DNA of 64,000 nucleotides from Eledone cirrhosa (Eukaryota): the NCBI GenBank assembly GCA_964016885.1, contig OZ024741.1:165106001-165170000 (forward strand), in the 5' to 3' direction. The notes below the pieces were generated by a model. It made no database searches. It was given only the letters and a program-made list of their open reading frames with translations, and was not told where the DNA came from. Shown in pieces: positions 52,928-64,000 of this stretch. A program made the position numbers and the translations under genes. Every line of letters begins with the position of its first letter. Within the stretch, counting starts at the first letter, position 1.

Positions 52928-53129
52928 TGTGTCTTTGGAGAGGAATGTGTGTGTGTGTCTGTTTTTTGGAGAGAGATAGGTGTGTGTGGGTGTGTATGTC
53001 TGCATCTTTGGCGAGGGATGTCTGTTTGTGTGTGTGTTTTGGGGGAGATATAGGTGTGTGTGTGTCTCCAGAGAGGGATAGGTGTGTGTGTGTCTCCGGA
53101 GAGGGATAGGTGTGTGTGTTTTAGAGAGA

Positions 53130-53501
53130 GAGAGGTGTGTGAGAGAGGTGTCTGTGTGTGTGTGTGTGTGTGTGTGAGAGATTGTGTGTCTGTATATGTC
53201 TGCATCTTCAGAGAGGGGTAGATGTGTGTGTGTCTCCGAAGATAGATATGTGTGTGTGTTTTTGGAGAGAGAGGTGTGTGTGTGTGTGTGTGAGAGAGAG
53301 TGTGTCTGTATATGTCTGCATCTTCAGAGAGGGGTAGATGTGTGTGTGTCTCCGAAGATAGATATGTGTGTGTGTTTTCGGAGAGAGAGGTGTGTGTGTG
53401 AGTGTGAGAGAGTGTGTGTCTGTATATGTCTGCATCTTCAGAGAGGGGTAGATGTGTGTGTGTCTCCGAAGATAGATATGTGTGTGTGTTTTTGGAGAGA
53501 G

Positions 53502-53534
<33 letters not shown>

Positions 53535-53775
53535 TGTATATGTCTGCATCTTCAGAGAGGGATAGATGTGTGTGTATCTCCGAAGATAGATATGTGTGTG
53601 TGTTTTTGGAGAGAGAGGTGTGTGTGTGAGTGTGAGAGAGTGTGTGTCTGTATATGTCTGCATCTTCAGAGAGGGGTAGATGTGTGTGTATCTCCGAAGA
53701 TAGATATGTGTGTGTGTTTTCGGAGGGAGAGGTGGGTGTGTGTGTGTGTGTGTGTGTGTGTGTCTGCTTCTTCGG
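53130..53775. repeat. ~114-bp tandem repeat, ~5 copies
   Basis: tgcatcttcagagaggg recurs near 53201, 53316, 53431, 53545 and 53659. Confidence 0.9.
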
Positions 53776-53834
53776 AGAGGGATGTGTGTTTGGAGATATA
53801 CAAAGTGGTGTGCAGTAGCAGCGGTGTAAAGACT

Positions 53835-54506
53835 GTTGCTGCAGCAGCAACAGCAGCAGCAACAACAGCAGTAACAGCAAACAACAACTACTACTACCAC
53901 CACCAATACTACCATTACTACTACTACTACTACTACCATTACTACTACTACTACTACTACCACCACCAGCAATACTACCATTACTCCTACCACCACCACT
54001 ACCAATACTACTACCACCACCACTACCACCACCAATACTAACATTACTACTACCACCACCACCAATACTACCATTACTATTACTACTACTACATTAATAA
54101 TTGCAACTCAATTTTAGCTGCAGCACTTGTGAAAGCAAAATATCTGTAGTAGTAGTAGTAGTAGTAATAGTAGTAGTAGTAGTAGTAGTGGTAGTGGTGG
54201 TGGGTGTAGTAGTAGTAGTAGTGGTAGTAGTGATGGTAGTGGTGGTGGTAGTAGTAGCAGTGATTGTGGTGGTGGTAGTAGTAGTAGTGGTAGTAGTGAT
54301 GGTAGTGGTGGTGGTAGTAGTAGTTGTAGTAGTGATTGTAGTGGTGGTGGTGTGGGTAGTAGTAGTAGTGATGGTGGTGGTAGTAGTAGTGATGGTAGTG
54401 GTGGTGGTAGTAGCAGTGATTGTAGTGGTGGTGGTGGTAGTAGTAGTAGTAGTGATGGTGGTGGGAGTAGTAGTAGTAGTAGTAGTAGTGATGGTAGTGG
54501 TGGTGT

Positions 54507-54553
<47 letters not shown>
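53835..54553. repeat. (CTA/CCA)n tract followed by a (GTA/GTG)n tract
   Basis: Direct reading. Confidence 0.9.
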
Positions 54554-54554
<1 letters not shown>

Positions 54555-54749
54555 AAGTCCTGGTTTTGAAGGTGGTGGTGGTGCCAGCAACATAAGTAGC
54601 TAGTTATGGTAGAAAGGGAGGAAAGAATCTGAGGAAGGGGTGTATGGAGGAGAGGATATGTGTGGAGGATACAGTCTCATCTTTGAGCAATATGTATACA
54701 GGGTGGGTGGTGATGGTGGGTCATTGTGAATTGGTAATGGTGTCATAGA

Positions 54750-54944
54750 TAATTGTTTCTACCTTTTGGCACAAGGCCAGCAATTGCCCAGTGCATTACT
54801 GGTACTTTATTTTATCGACCCCCCGTAAGGATGAAAGGTAAAGTTAATCTCGGCGGGATTTGAACTCAGACCGTAAAGGGGTGTAACTCCATGCGTCAAA
54901 GCATGGCGTCCAACCCTCTACCGAGATTGCCAATCCACCACCCT
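54750..54944 (-). mobile_element. SINE family A with 17-bp TSD
   Basis: ATGGTGTCATAGATAAT at 54737-54753 and 54946-54962. Confidence 0.9.
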
Positions 54945-54974
54945 CATGGTGTCATAGATAATGCCACCCTCTTG

Positions 54975-55916
54975 ACATCACCACAGTCACTATCTGTAAC
55001 AGCACCACCATCATCATCATCATAATCACTGTTATAACCATCACCATCACTGTTATAGCTACCATCATCATCATCATCACTATTATAACCATCATCACCA
55101 TCATCACTGTTATAACCACCACCATCACCATCATCACTGTTATAACCACCACCATCACCATCATCATAATCACTGTTACAACCATCACCATCACCATAAT
55201 CACTGTTATAACCATCACCATCATCATAATCACTATTATCATCACCATCATCACTATTATAACCATCATCACCATCATCACTGTTATAACCACCACCATC
55301 ACCATCATAATCACTGTTACAACCATCACCATCATCATAATCACTGTTACAACCATCACCATCATGATCATGATCATCATCATCATCACTATTATAACCA
55401 TCACCATTATCACCATCATCACTGTTATAACCACCACCATCACCATCAGCATCACTGTTATAATCATCACCACTATCATCATCACTGTTACAACCATCAC
55501 CATCATCACCATCATCACTGTTATAACCATCACCATCACCATCATCATCACTAGTAACCATCAGCATCACTGTTATAGTCATCACCACTATCATCATCAC
55601 TGTTACAACCATCACCATCATCATCATCATCACTAATAACCATCACCATCAGCATCACTGTTATATCCATCACCACTATCATGATCATCATTGTTATAAC
55701 CATCATCATCATCACCACCAATGTCATCAACATTACCCCCACCAACAACTAATACAAAGTGACTCATCACCATCACCTTAGCAATCACTGTTATAACCAT
55801 CATCTTCATTGTCATTACCATCACCCTCATCATCATCCTCCTCATCAGTCATCAGTCATCATTATCATCTTCTCCCTCATCCTCAATAACCATCACTGTT
55901 AGTATCATCATCATCA
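54975..55916. repeat. (CAT/CAC)-derived minisatellite
   Basis: Recurring tcactgttataaccatcaccatca units. Confidence 0.9.
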
Positions 55917-56416
55917 TGTTTAATGTCACTTCTACCCCCCTGCATCCTTAACACACAGTGTCACCCACCAAGAGCATTATTGTCATCAATGCTATCATCA
56001 TCATCATCATCATCAACAACAGCAGCATCATCATCACTGATGACACCACTGCCTTCGTCTTCCTCCTTCACATCATCATCATTAATGTCACCACTGCCTC
56101 CACCAGCTGCTGCAGCAACAAACCCCACCGCCACCACCACCACCACCACCACCACCACCACCACCACCACCATCATTGTCATCATCGAGTACCAAATCTG
56201 TCCTGTCTTTGGAATCATTAAGATTGCAGTGATTTGAGTCTCTCAAGTCCTGACATGTCAGAAGAGGAGATGAAGAATATGTCAGCTACCATCTGAGAGA
56301 AGATCTGTGTGTTTAGCAGTGATAGCCTCTCTCTCATGGAAATCAGGAATTACAAAATAAATTGAACAAGACAAGATGTCATCATCATCATCACCACCAC
56401 CAACACCACCACCACA

Positions 56417-56447
<31 letters not shown>

Positions 56448-57666
56448 TCATCACCATTCAACATCTGTTTCCCATGCTTGCATGAGTTAGATAGCCTGTC
56501 ATGTTCTGAGGCTAGACAGGTCAGGTGACCATGTCTTTCACATACATTCTGTCTTGGTTTCTGCTTGTCCTTGGTGAGAAGTCAGAGCTACAACAGTGAT
56601 TCCCAACCTTTTGTGCACTATGCCCCACTTCAATACATCAAAAACTACTAAGCCCTCCTTTGATATGAAAACTGAGATGATAAACTCCAACATGTAAACA
56701 AATTGGTGTATAGGTGGTGCCAAATGCACAATAACAGTGTGGAAAAGGTGAGGCAGGAGTTTCAAACAATAATGTATACCAAAGTTGCTTTGGTGTAAAA
56801 ATAAGGTAAAACCAGAAGTTTGTGTTCTCATTAACAACAATTTCAAATGAAACATTACAGATTAAGTCATTTTTGCCTTTTTACTTCATAGAGGTGGAAG
56901 ACCTGTAGATCGCATGAGTGTGTCCATGAAACATATATATATATATATAGACCATGTCCAAACACAAAGGAACCAAACTCCCACTGTCACTACCTCTGTC
57001 TCTCCCAGTCTCTCACTATTAAGAGCAAATGGGAGCCCATGTACTGGACACCCTGCAGCCCTGGCGGGCAGAATAGAAAAGGTATTTCCCCAGAGAATGG
57101 TGAAGGAGACGCACTCCCTTTAATATTCAAATTGCACCCATGTGGGGCATGCATTGCATCCCACATTGAGAATCTCTGTGTTTTGTGACTGAATGAAGAC
57201 AATATAAGGTATGAAAGGACACCAGAGTCTGAATGATGATGTGACAGTCTCCTACTACTGGTGCCATGATATATGTAGGTGCATTTTATTGCACAATATA
57301 ATGCATCCAGTTCACACCTGCTGCAGAAATTACACACAAAAAACAATGAAATAGCTAAAGAAAACATAGATGTTAAATTGCAGGCAACCCATCTAGGAAG
57401 GTATTAACTCTAAATAACAACTGATAAAGACTAGAGAGGACTCTTTTGTCCTGATATAGACAAGTGTTGTAGTGATAATAGCATGGTGATATGAATAAAT
57501 ACATATACAATGGAGTAGGCTAAGTTTTCTCTGCAGCTGTGTGTGCAAGTTGATGAAATACCATGGAGAAACACACAAAAAAAAAAAATTATGGTGAATG
57601 GCAAGATACTAGAAGACTTGACTAACCCATGCCAACCTCGAAAAACAGATGACGATGATGATAATG

Positions 57667-58677
57667 AATGAGCAGATAAGCATCGGACAACATGCTCTGT
57701 GGCATATTGTTATGGCCCTTTACGTTCTGAGTTCAAATCCCGCCGAGGTTAGCTTTGCCTTTCATCCTTACATGGTCGATAAAATAAAATACCAGTAACG
57801 CACTGGGGTGATTTTAATCAACTTTTCCTCTTCCCTTCAAATTACTGACTTTGTGCCAAATGTAGAGACAATTATCTATTTGCCATATAAATAACTTACA
57901 CTAGACAAGCAGTGTATCCTTAAAGACATTCTACAAAGCTTAAGTGTGTACTCATTATAGTACACTACTGCTAACACACATAGGATGGTGTGTAGATACA
58001 GCAGGGCCAAATAGATAAAAAGTTTGCTTCACAATCCTGTGTTTCATCCCACAGCATAGTCTCTTGGGCAAGTGTTATTTACTCTAGCCGTTCAAATCCC
58101 GCCGAGGTTGACTTTGCCTTTCATCTTTACGGGGTCGATAAAATAAAGTACCAGTAATGTACTGGGTAATTGCTGGCCTTGTGCCTAAAGTAGAAACAAT
58201 TATTTACTATAGCCTAAAGTCAACACATGCCTTGTGAGTGAAATTGAGTAAACTGTTTAAAAACCTGTGAGATGGGCCAAACTTGTTACACATTGTTACC
58301 ATTCAAAGGGCCAAACTTGTTACACATTGTGTCACACCAAATCTCCCTGGGAATTATGTTAAGAGTACTATTGTCTGGAATGCTCAGCCTCTTACACATC
58401 ATTTTAAAGCATACAGAAACCTTTGAATGTAAAAAAGGGAGCAGCTATATCTGATTCCTCTACTCATTTGTACTCTGTCTTTGATGTACACAGACATTGG
58501 CAGTATCAGTAGAGGGTCGGATACCATGCTTTGCAGCGTAGAGTTACGTCCCTTTACGGCCTGAGTTCAAATCCTGCTGAGGTTAACTTTGCCTTTCATC
58601 CTTACGGGGTCGACAAAATAAAGTACCAGTAATGCATTAGGATAATGTTGGCCTTGTGCCCCAAATAGAAACAATTA
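57667..58677 (+). mobile_element. Three SINE family A copies (57667-57873, 58090-58203, 58497-58677)
   Basis: Each matches the consensus core; more copies at 59866-59994(-) and 60362-60575(+). Confidence 0.85.
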
Positions 58678-58964
58678 TATATCTAGTAAATTATTTTTGC
58701 TATATTTCTTTTGAGCCTTCAAATGACAGCTTTTCTCTACCATCTATCATTGCAGTTTGGGAATAAACATCATGCCATTTGCCCTTTAACTCAGAGAGAG
58801 AATACCCTTATTCTCAACAGAGATAATAGCCCCCCCCCCCCACATACACACACACATCATTCTTACTCTGGCAACCATACTTTAGAAACAGCTGTTTCCA
58901 CTGCTAATTTAAGTCACAATATCTTGAACTTTTTCGAACCATTTTTTTTATTCTGGCAACTATG

Positions 58965-59720
58965 CTTTTGAAGCACCTGCATCCACTACTAATAGGTCAC
59001 CTAAATAATAGAAACTCTCAACTATTTCTAGGGAGTTTTCTTGCCATTTGAAAGAATTTATTTCATAGGTGCTCTTACTACTAGCTACTCCTGTGCTTCT
59101 GCTACACATGAGGTCTTTTTTCTCTGTCAGCTTAATGGTGATCACAGTGCCACTCAAGTACAGTCACAGTTTACATTCGGTACATAGTCCCACATTCCTA
59201 CCTACTCCCTACACTCACCACACACACTTCCCAGATGGCAGTAAAGGTATGGCTTCTTTCCTACTAACTAAAACTATTGTCTTTGTTAGGTTTACTTTGA
59301 GGTCTCTAAAAGCTAGGATTTTACTGCTATGCTTGGAATTGATTCTCTAATTCTTTGACTGATTCAGCTCTGAGACTTAGGTAATCAGCATAGAGGAGTT
59401 CCCATGGATAGTCAACATTAAACTCCTCCGCTATGGCCTGGAGAACTATAATAAAGAAAATGGAACGGAGAAGTGAGCATTGATGATTACATGCCTGCAT
59501 GCTAAATTCCTTGCTGATATCTTGTTAATCATGTCTCTACCAAGCATGTAGAACTCTAATAAGTCATTTATATACACCTTGTTTTCTTAGTGACTACTAG
59601 TCTACAGAACAGGGAACACAGTTAGAAGCCTTCTCCAGATCAAAGAATAAGTAGTGGAGCTTACTCTTACACATAAACATCTTCAGTTGTCCTAATAGGA
59701 ATAGTGCACCAGTGCTACCC
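58965..59720 (-). mobile_element. Old, fragmented RTE-clade LINE RT region
   Basis: FIIVLQAIAEEF, WELLYADYL (YADD motif remnant) and SLEIVESFYYLGD on the minus strand. Confidence 0.7.
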
Positions 59721-60927
59721 CCTATCACGGTGTATCTTTGGTAAGAACTACATCTCCTGTAGTTGTCGCAATATAAACAGAGTATGAGTGGGTATCATAG
59801 TGCTGGTATATCTCTGAACCCTTACAACTCCTAAAGGTAGTTCATAAACCGATATACAACCCTAATAATTGTTTCTACTTTAGGCACAAGGCCAGTAATT
59901 TTGGGGTTGAGGAAAGTTGATTAAATCGACCCTAATGCATTACTGGTACTTTATTTTATCGACCGTAAGGATGAAAGGCAAAGATAATCTCAGTGACCTA
60001 AAGAAACCTATAGAACTCCTACAAACATTATAGAGCCCCTTTGGTCACAAATAACCATAGGTTTACACCTAGAATGTCCCCCCTCTAAGGCACATGCCCA
60101 AGCAAAGTGTTTCTATGGAAGACCAGCAGTTGCCAACACACATACCAGTTTCCCTTCTCCATGCCACCAATGTTGTCCAAGGGAAAGGTGAAGGCCAAGA
60201 CAGCGTGGCATCATTGATGTTGCAAATCATTTCTTCAGCTGAGTAAACTTGTGAAATAAAGTGAATTGACACAATACACTACCTGGTCTGGAAATTGAAC
60301 TCACAGCCTCATGATTGTGAGCTCAATGCTCAAAAGACTAAGCCAAGCACATTCACAAAATCAGTGGATTGGCAGTATCGGTAGAGTGTCAGACAACATG
60401 CTTTATGGCATAGGGTTACGCCCCTTTACAATATGAGCTCAAATCCTGCCAAGGTTAACTTTGCCTTTCATCCTTACAGGGTCGATAAAATAAAGTAACA
60501 GTAATGCACTGAGGATACATTTAATCAACTTTCCTCCTACCTCAAAATTATTGGCCTTGTGCCCAAATCAGAAACCCATATATACACATAATAAGGGCCT
60601 GGTGAGTTATAGAAACCTATGGAGCCCCTAATTATAGTATGACAAGCTACAAGCACCAAAGGACCCTACAGACAGACAATAGGTCAATAAATTCCAAATA
60701 AACAGTTTTACTATGTCAGTAACATAAAACTATCAATATTGTTACTATGTTATTATGTTCATACCTTACTAGCTTCACATAATGTCACTACACACACAGA
60801 TAAATGGATGTAAAATGATTATATATATATATATGTGTGGGTGTATATATATATATATATGTAAATGTGTGTGTATATATATATATATGTAAATGTGTAT
60901 ATATATATACATATATATGTAAATGTG

Positions 60928-60971
<44 letters not shown>

Positions 60972-60972
<1 letters not shown>

Positions 60973-61800
60973 TAAAAATGAAAGGCAGGTTCTATGATGC
61001 CTGCATACGAACAGCAATGTTACATGGCAGTGAGACCTGGGAATTGTGTGCAGAGGATATATGCAGACTGGAGAGAAACGAAGCTTGCATGCTCTGCTGG
61101 ATTTGTAATAGTAATATACGTGAACGGCAAAGCATAAACGAACTAAGGGAGAAATTAGGAATAAGAGGGATCAGATGTTGTTTACTCGAGAGAAGACTAC
61201 GTTGGTACGGTCACGTGATGCACATGAAAGACGACAGCTGTTTAAAAAAGTGCAGGGCGATAAAAATAGACGGTAGCCACGGAGTAGGCAGACCCAGAAA
61301 AACCTGGGACAACTTGATAAATTCCGACCTCACACACTTACACCTCTCCAAGACAATGTCACTGGACCGAGATCTTTGGCGCTACACAGTTATACAGAAA
61401 ACCCGCCTTGCCTAAGTACAAAGCGAAACCTACAGTCAGTAAGCACCTCTAACAAAATACACCCCCGTCCCACTACCCCCACCCCATCCACACCACCCCC
61501 TTAAATGTGAAGTTATGTTGCTACCACAATATTCAGTCCGAAACAAATGAGGTCGTGTAGGTGTCACGACAAGAAAACACACAGTCCACGCTGTAATGTG
61601 GCCGTGTAGGGAACACGGTAAAAACCTCCCAGTCCACACTGTAAACGTGGTTGGTGTTAGGAAGGGCATCCAGCCATAGAAAACCCGCCAGACAGTCCTA
61701 TACGAGCAGGACAACCAATCTTGCCTCAAGTGGGAAAACTCCTGTCCCAACCCATGCAAGCGTGGAAGATGGACGTTAAACGATGATGATGATGATGATC
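60972..61800 (+). mobile_element. RTE-clade LINE 3' portion (open RT C-terminus to 61415, plus 3' UTR and (GAT)n tail)
   Basis: [20 protein letters not shown]...RRLRWYGHVMHM...GRPRKTW; 5' end abuts (TA)n. Confidence 0.92.
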
Positions 61801-61884
61801 ATGATCATGATGATATTATATGTCCCAAGGCTCTGATACCATCAACACTATAAACACAGAGCTGGCATATCTAAGAACTGACTA

Positions 61885-61940
61885 ACTGCCTGATGAGGTC
61901 ATAGCCATTCAATGGCTATCATCGAAATATATATAGCAGT
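61885..61940 (+). ncRNA. Type I hammerhead ribozyme with palindromic minimal stem III
   Basis: actgc-CTGATGA-ggt c atagccat tca atggctat c atc-GAAA-tatata-TA-gcagt, followed by AATAAA and (TA)n. Confidence 0.88.
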
Positions 61941-61981
61941 AAATAAAGGATTATGAGTTCATGCAATTGACTTATGTTTCG

Positions 61982-62038
<57 letters not shown>

Positions 62039-62132
62039 TTACATATATATATATTTATATATATACACATTTATATATATATATATACACATTTACATAT
62101 ATACACATTTATATATATATATACACATTTAC

Positions 62133-62163
<31 letters not shown>

Positions 62164-62404
62164 TTATCAAATAATCTATGGACATATTTTATTGTATATT
62201 TCTCTGATTGTTGATTATTTAATTAATTAATTCGTCATTGAGCCTATTGTGAATGGTTGCCAAAAACATATATATATATATATCTATGACTTTGTCTAGT
62301 TTGTGTATATGTAAATCTTTATATTTGATAATCTCCCATATGGTTGAGATGCAATTTAGGCAATATTAGGCTGCGCTTTCAGGCAACCAGCTCACTCGTC
62401 GTAA

Positions 62405-62465
62405 GGCACCAATCACATTCTTTCTGACTTGACCACTGTCACGTCACAGTTCTTAGCCATTTTGA
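62405..62465 (+). promoter_or_regulatory. Putative internal Pol II promoter
   Basis: CCAATCA (~62409), TCACGTCA CRE-like (~62439) and GCCATTTT YY1-like (~62456) in typical order; motif evidence only. Confidence 0.4.
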
Positions 62466-62516
62466 ATTTGTTTCTGGCGGGGATCATTTAAGAAAAATCT
62501 TCGTCCAAGTGTGTTT

Positions 62517-62598
62517 GTTTCCTGATGATTTCGAAGCTCGTGAATTTATCCTTGATCGGATATTTCCAAAAGCGAATGAAACCCCATGGGGTAGAAAC
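62517..62598 (+). ncRNA. Type I hammerhead ribozyme with 12-nt palindromic stem III
   Basis: gtttc-CTGATGA-t ttcg...cgaa t-GAAA-ccccatgggg-TA-gaaac; GUA site, predicted cut after 62593. Confidence 0.85.
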
Positions 62599-62889
62599 GT
62601 AATATAGGTATGTTTATATACATTTTTTCTTCTAACTTTGATTTTATACCTAATTGTTTATGGTTGATGATATATTTAATCGATTTCCACATGCTATTGA
62701 AATGCTGGGTAAATATTCTATAGCTGTTGATCGCAAATAGATGGCTGTTTATCTATTATTTCTTCATAGGTGCCTTTTAATCTTATACCCTGGTTTAATT
62801 GGTTTTTTGTGTGGTTAATTATGCTGATTGGGAGAGGAGATGGTGTATATATTTTATAAAATGATTCTATGGACATATTTTATTGTATC

Positions 62890-63222
62890 ATTTCATTTCA
62901 TTTTACGTCCGCTTTTTCCTGCTTGCAAGTGTGGGACGGGAACTGATTCTGGCTTGATTTCTACAGCTGGATGCCCTTCCTAACACCAACCTCATTTACA
63001 GTGAGTGCTGGGTGTTTTTTTTCCGTGGCGCCTCCACGACCACTTTGTAGTGGAATGATAGGGACCCCAGTCCTATCATCTCATTTCTACAGCTGAGTAA
63101 ACTGAAGCAATGTGAAATAAAGTGTCTTGCTCAAGGAAACAACACATCACCCGGTCTGAGAATTGAACTCACAACCTTTCGATTGCAAGCCCAATGCTCT
63201 AACCACTAAGCCATGTGCCTCC
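62890..63222 (-). mobile_element. SINE family B
   Basis: Reverse complement of the consensus. Confidence 0.9.
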
Positions 63223-63253
63223 AAAATCACATTGTATATATATATATATATAT

Positions 63254-63785
63254 AAAGTGCAGGGCAATAAAGATAGACGGTAGCCACGGAATAGGCAGAC
63301 CTAGAAAAACCTGGGATGAGCTGATAAACTCCGACCTCACACACTTACACCTCTCCAAGACAATGTCACTGGACCGAGACCTTTGGCGGTACTCAGTAAC
63401 AGAGAAGACCCGCCTTGCCAGTAGGCATCTCTAACAAAATACACCCCGTCCCGCCACCACCCCCACCCCATCCTCACCACCCCGTTCTATGTAAAGTTAT
63501 GTTGGTGCCGCGCCATCCAGGCCGAAACAAATGAGATCGTGTAGGTGTCACGACAAAAAACACACAGTCCACGCTGTAATGTGGCTGTGTAGGCAACACG
63601 GTAAAAACCTCCCAGACCCACACTGTAAATGTGGTTGGTGTTAGGAAGGGCATCCAACTGTAGAAAACCTGCCAGACAGTCCTATGCGAGCAAGACAATC
63701 ACTCTTGCCTCAAGTGGGACTACCCCCATCCAAACCCATGCAAGCGTGGAACACGGACGTTAAACGTTGATGATGATGATGATGA
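63254..63785 (+). mobile_element. RTE-clade LINE 3' end, same family as 60972
   Basis: KCRAIKIDGSHGIGRPRKTW...DRDLWRY plus the same UTR; 5' end abuts (TA)n. Confidence 0.92.
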
Positions 63786-63807
63786 TATATATATAATATA
63801 TATGTAA

Positions 63808-63848
<41 letters not shown>

Positions 63849-64000
63849 TATATATATAATAACTAGAAATTGATTAACATATATATAAACATGAATAATC
63901 ATAGGAGATAATTTTTACAAGAGTGTAACCATACATAGCAAGGTAGGTAACTAAATAAAGTTGACTAGAACTTTAAAAATAGATACCTTATAATATGATT

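Larger units (their letters stand above)
62161..62888 (+). mobile_element. ~690-bp pLTR/retrozyme-like unit with ~37-bp terminal direct repeat
   Basis: attttat.aaat.at(t)ctatggacatattttattgtat at 62161 and 62851; internal promoter-like motifs and a hammerhead. Confidence 0.65.

Noticed and set aside
53886-54553. Facing (CTA/CCA)n and (GTA/GTG)n tracts as a structured RNA
   Set aside because: Complementarity is only that of low-complexity triplet repeats, with no specific register.
56180-57130. Possible small exons (56.2-56.3 kb and 57009-57081), also 50436-50550
   Set aside because: Splice-like sites exist, but frames are short and ambiguous and cannot be linked into a gene from sequence alone.

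Overview
Eukaryotic, very repeat-rich and AT-rich DNA, most likely an intronic or intergenic stretch of a cephalopod (octopus-like) genome. That assignment is an inference from the SINE families and microsatellite density. Almost all long ORFs in the supplied track are artefacts of simple repeats. No host protein-coding gene can be identified with confidence; a few exon-like islands exist at 33.0 kb and 38.7 kb. Supported content: a >6.8 kb triplet-based satellite at the left edge, many (TA)n/(CA)n tracts and minisatellites, about 30 copies of two tRNA-derived SINE families, RTE and CR1 LINE 3' fragments, a decayed 1.3 kb mariner, MITEs, and three Penelope-like (GIY-YIG) fragments. The main signal is a dense set of type I hammerhead ribozyme motifs (about 9 near-intact and about 8 partial, from at least 6 sequence families). 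They mostly have short palindromic stem III, sit in (TA)n tracts, and often lie inside fold-back inverted repeats, including a perfect 330 bp palindrome with a ribozyme on each strand. They look like Penelope-derived pLTRs or retrozyme-like non-autonomous retroelements.
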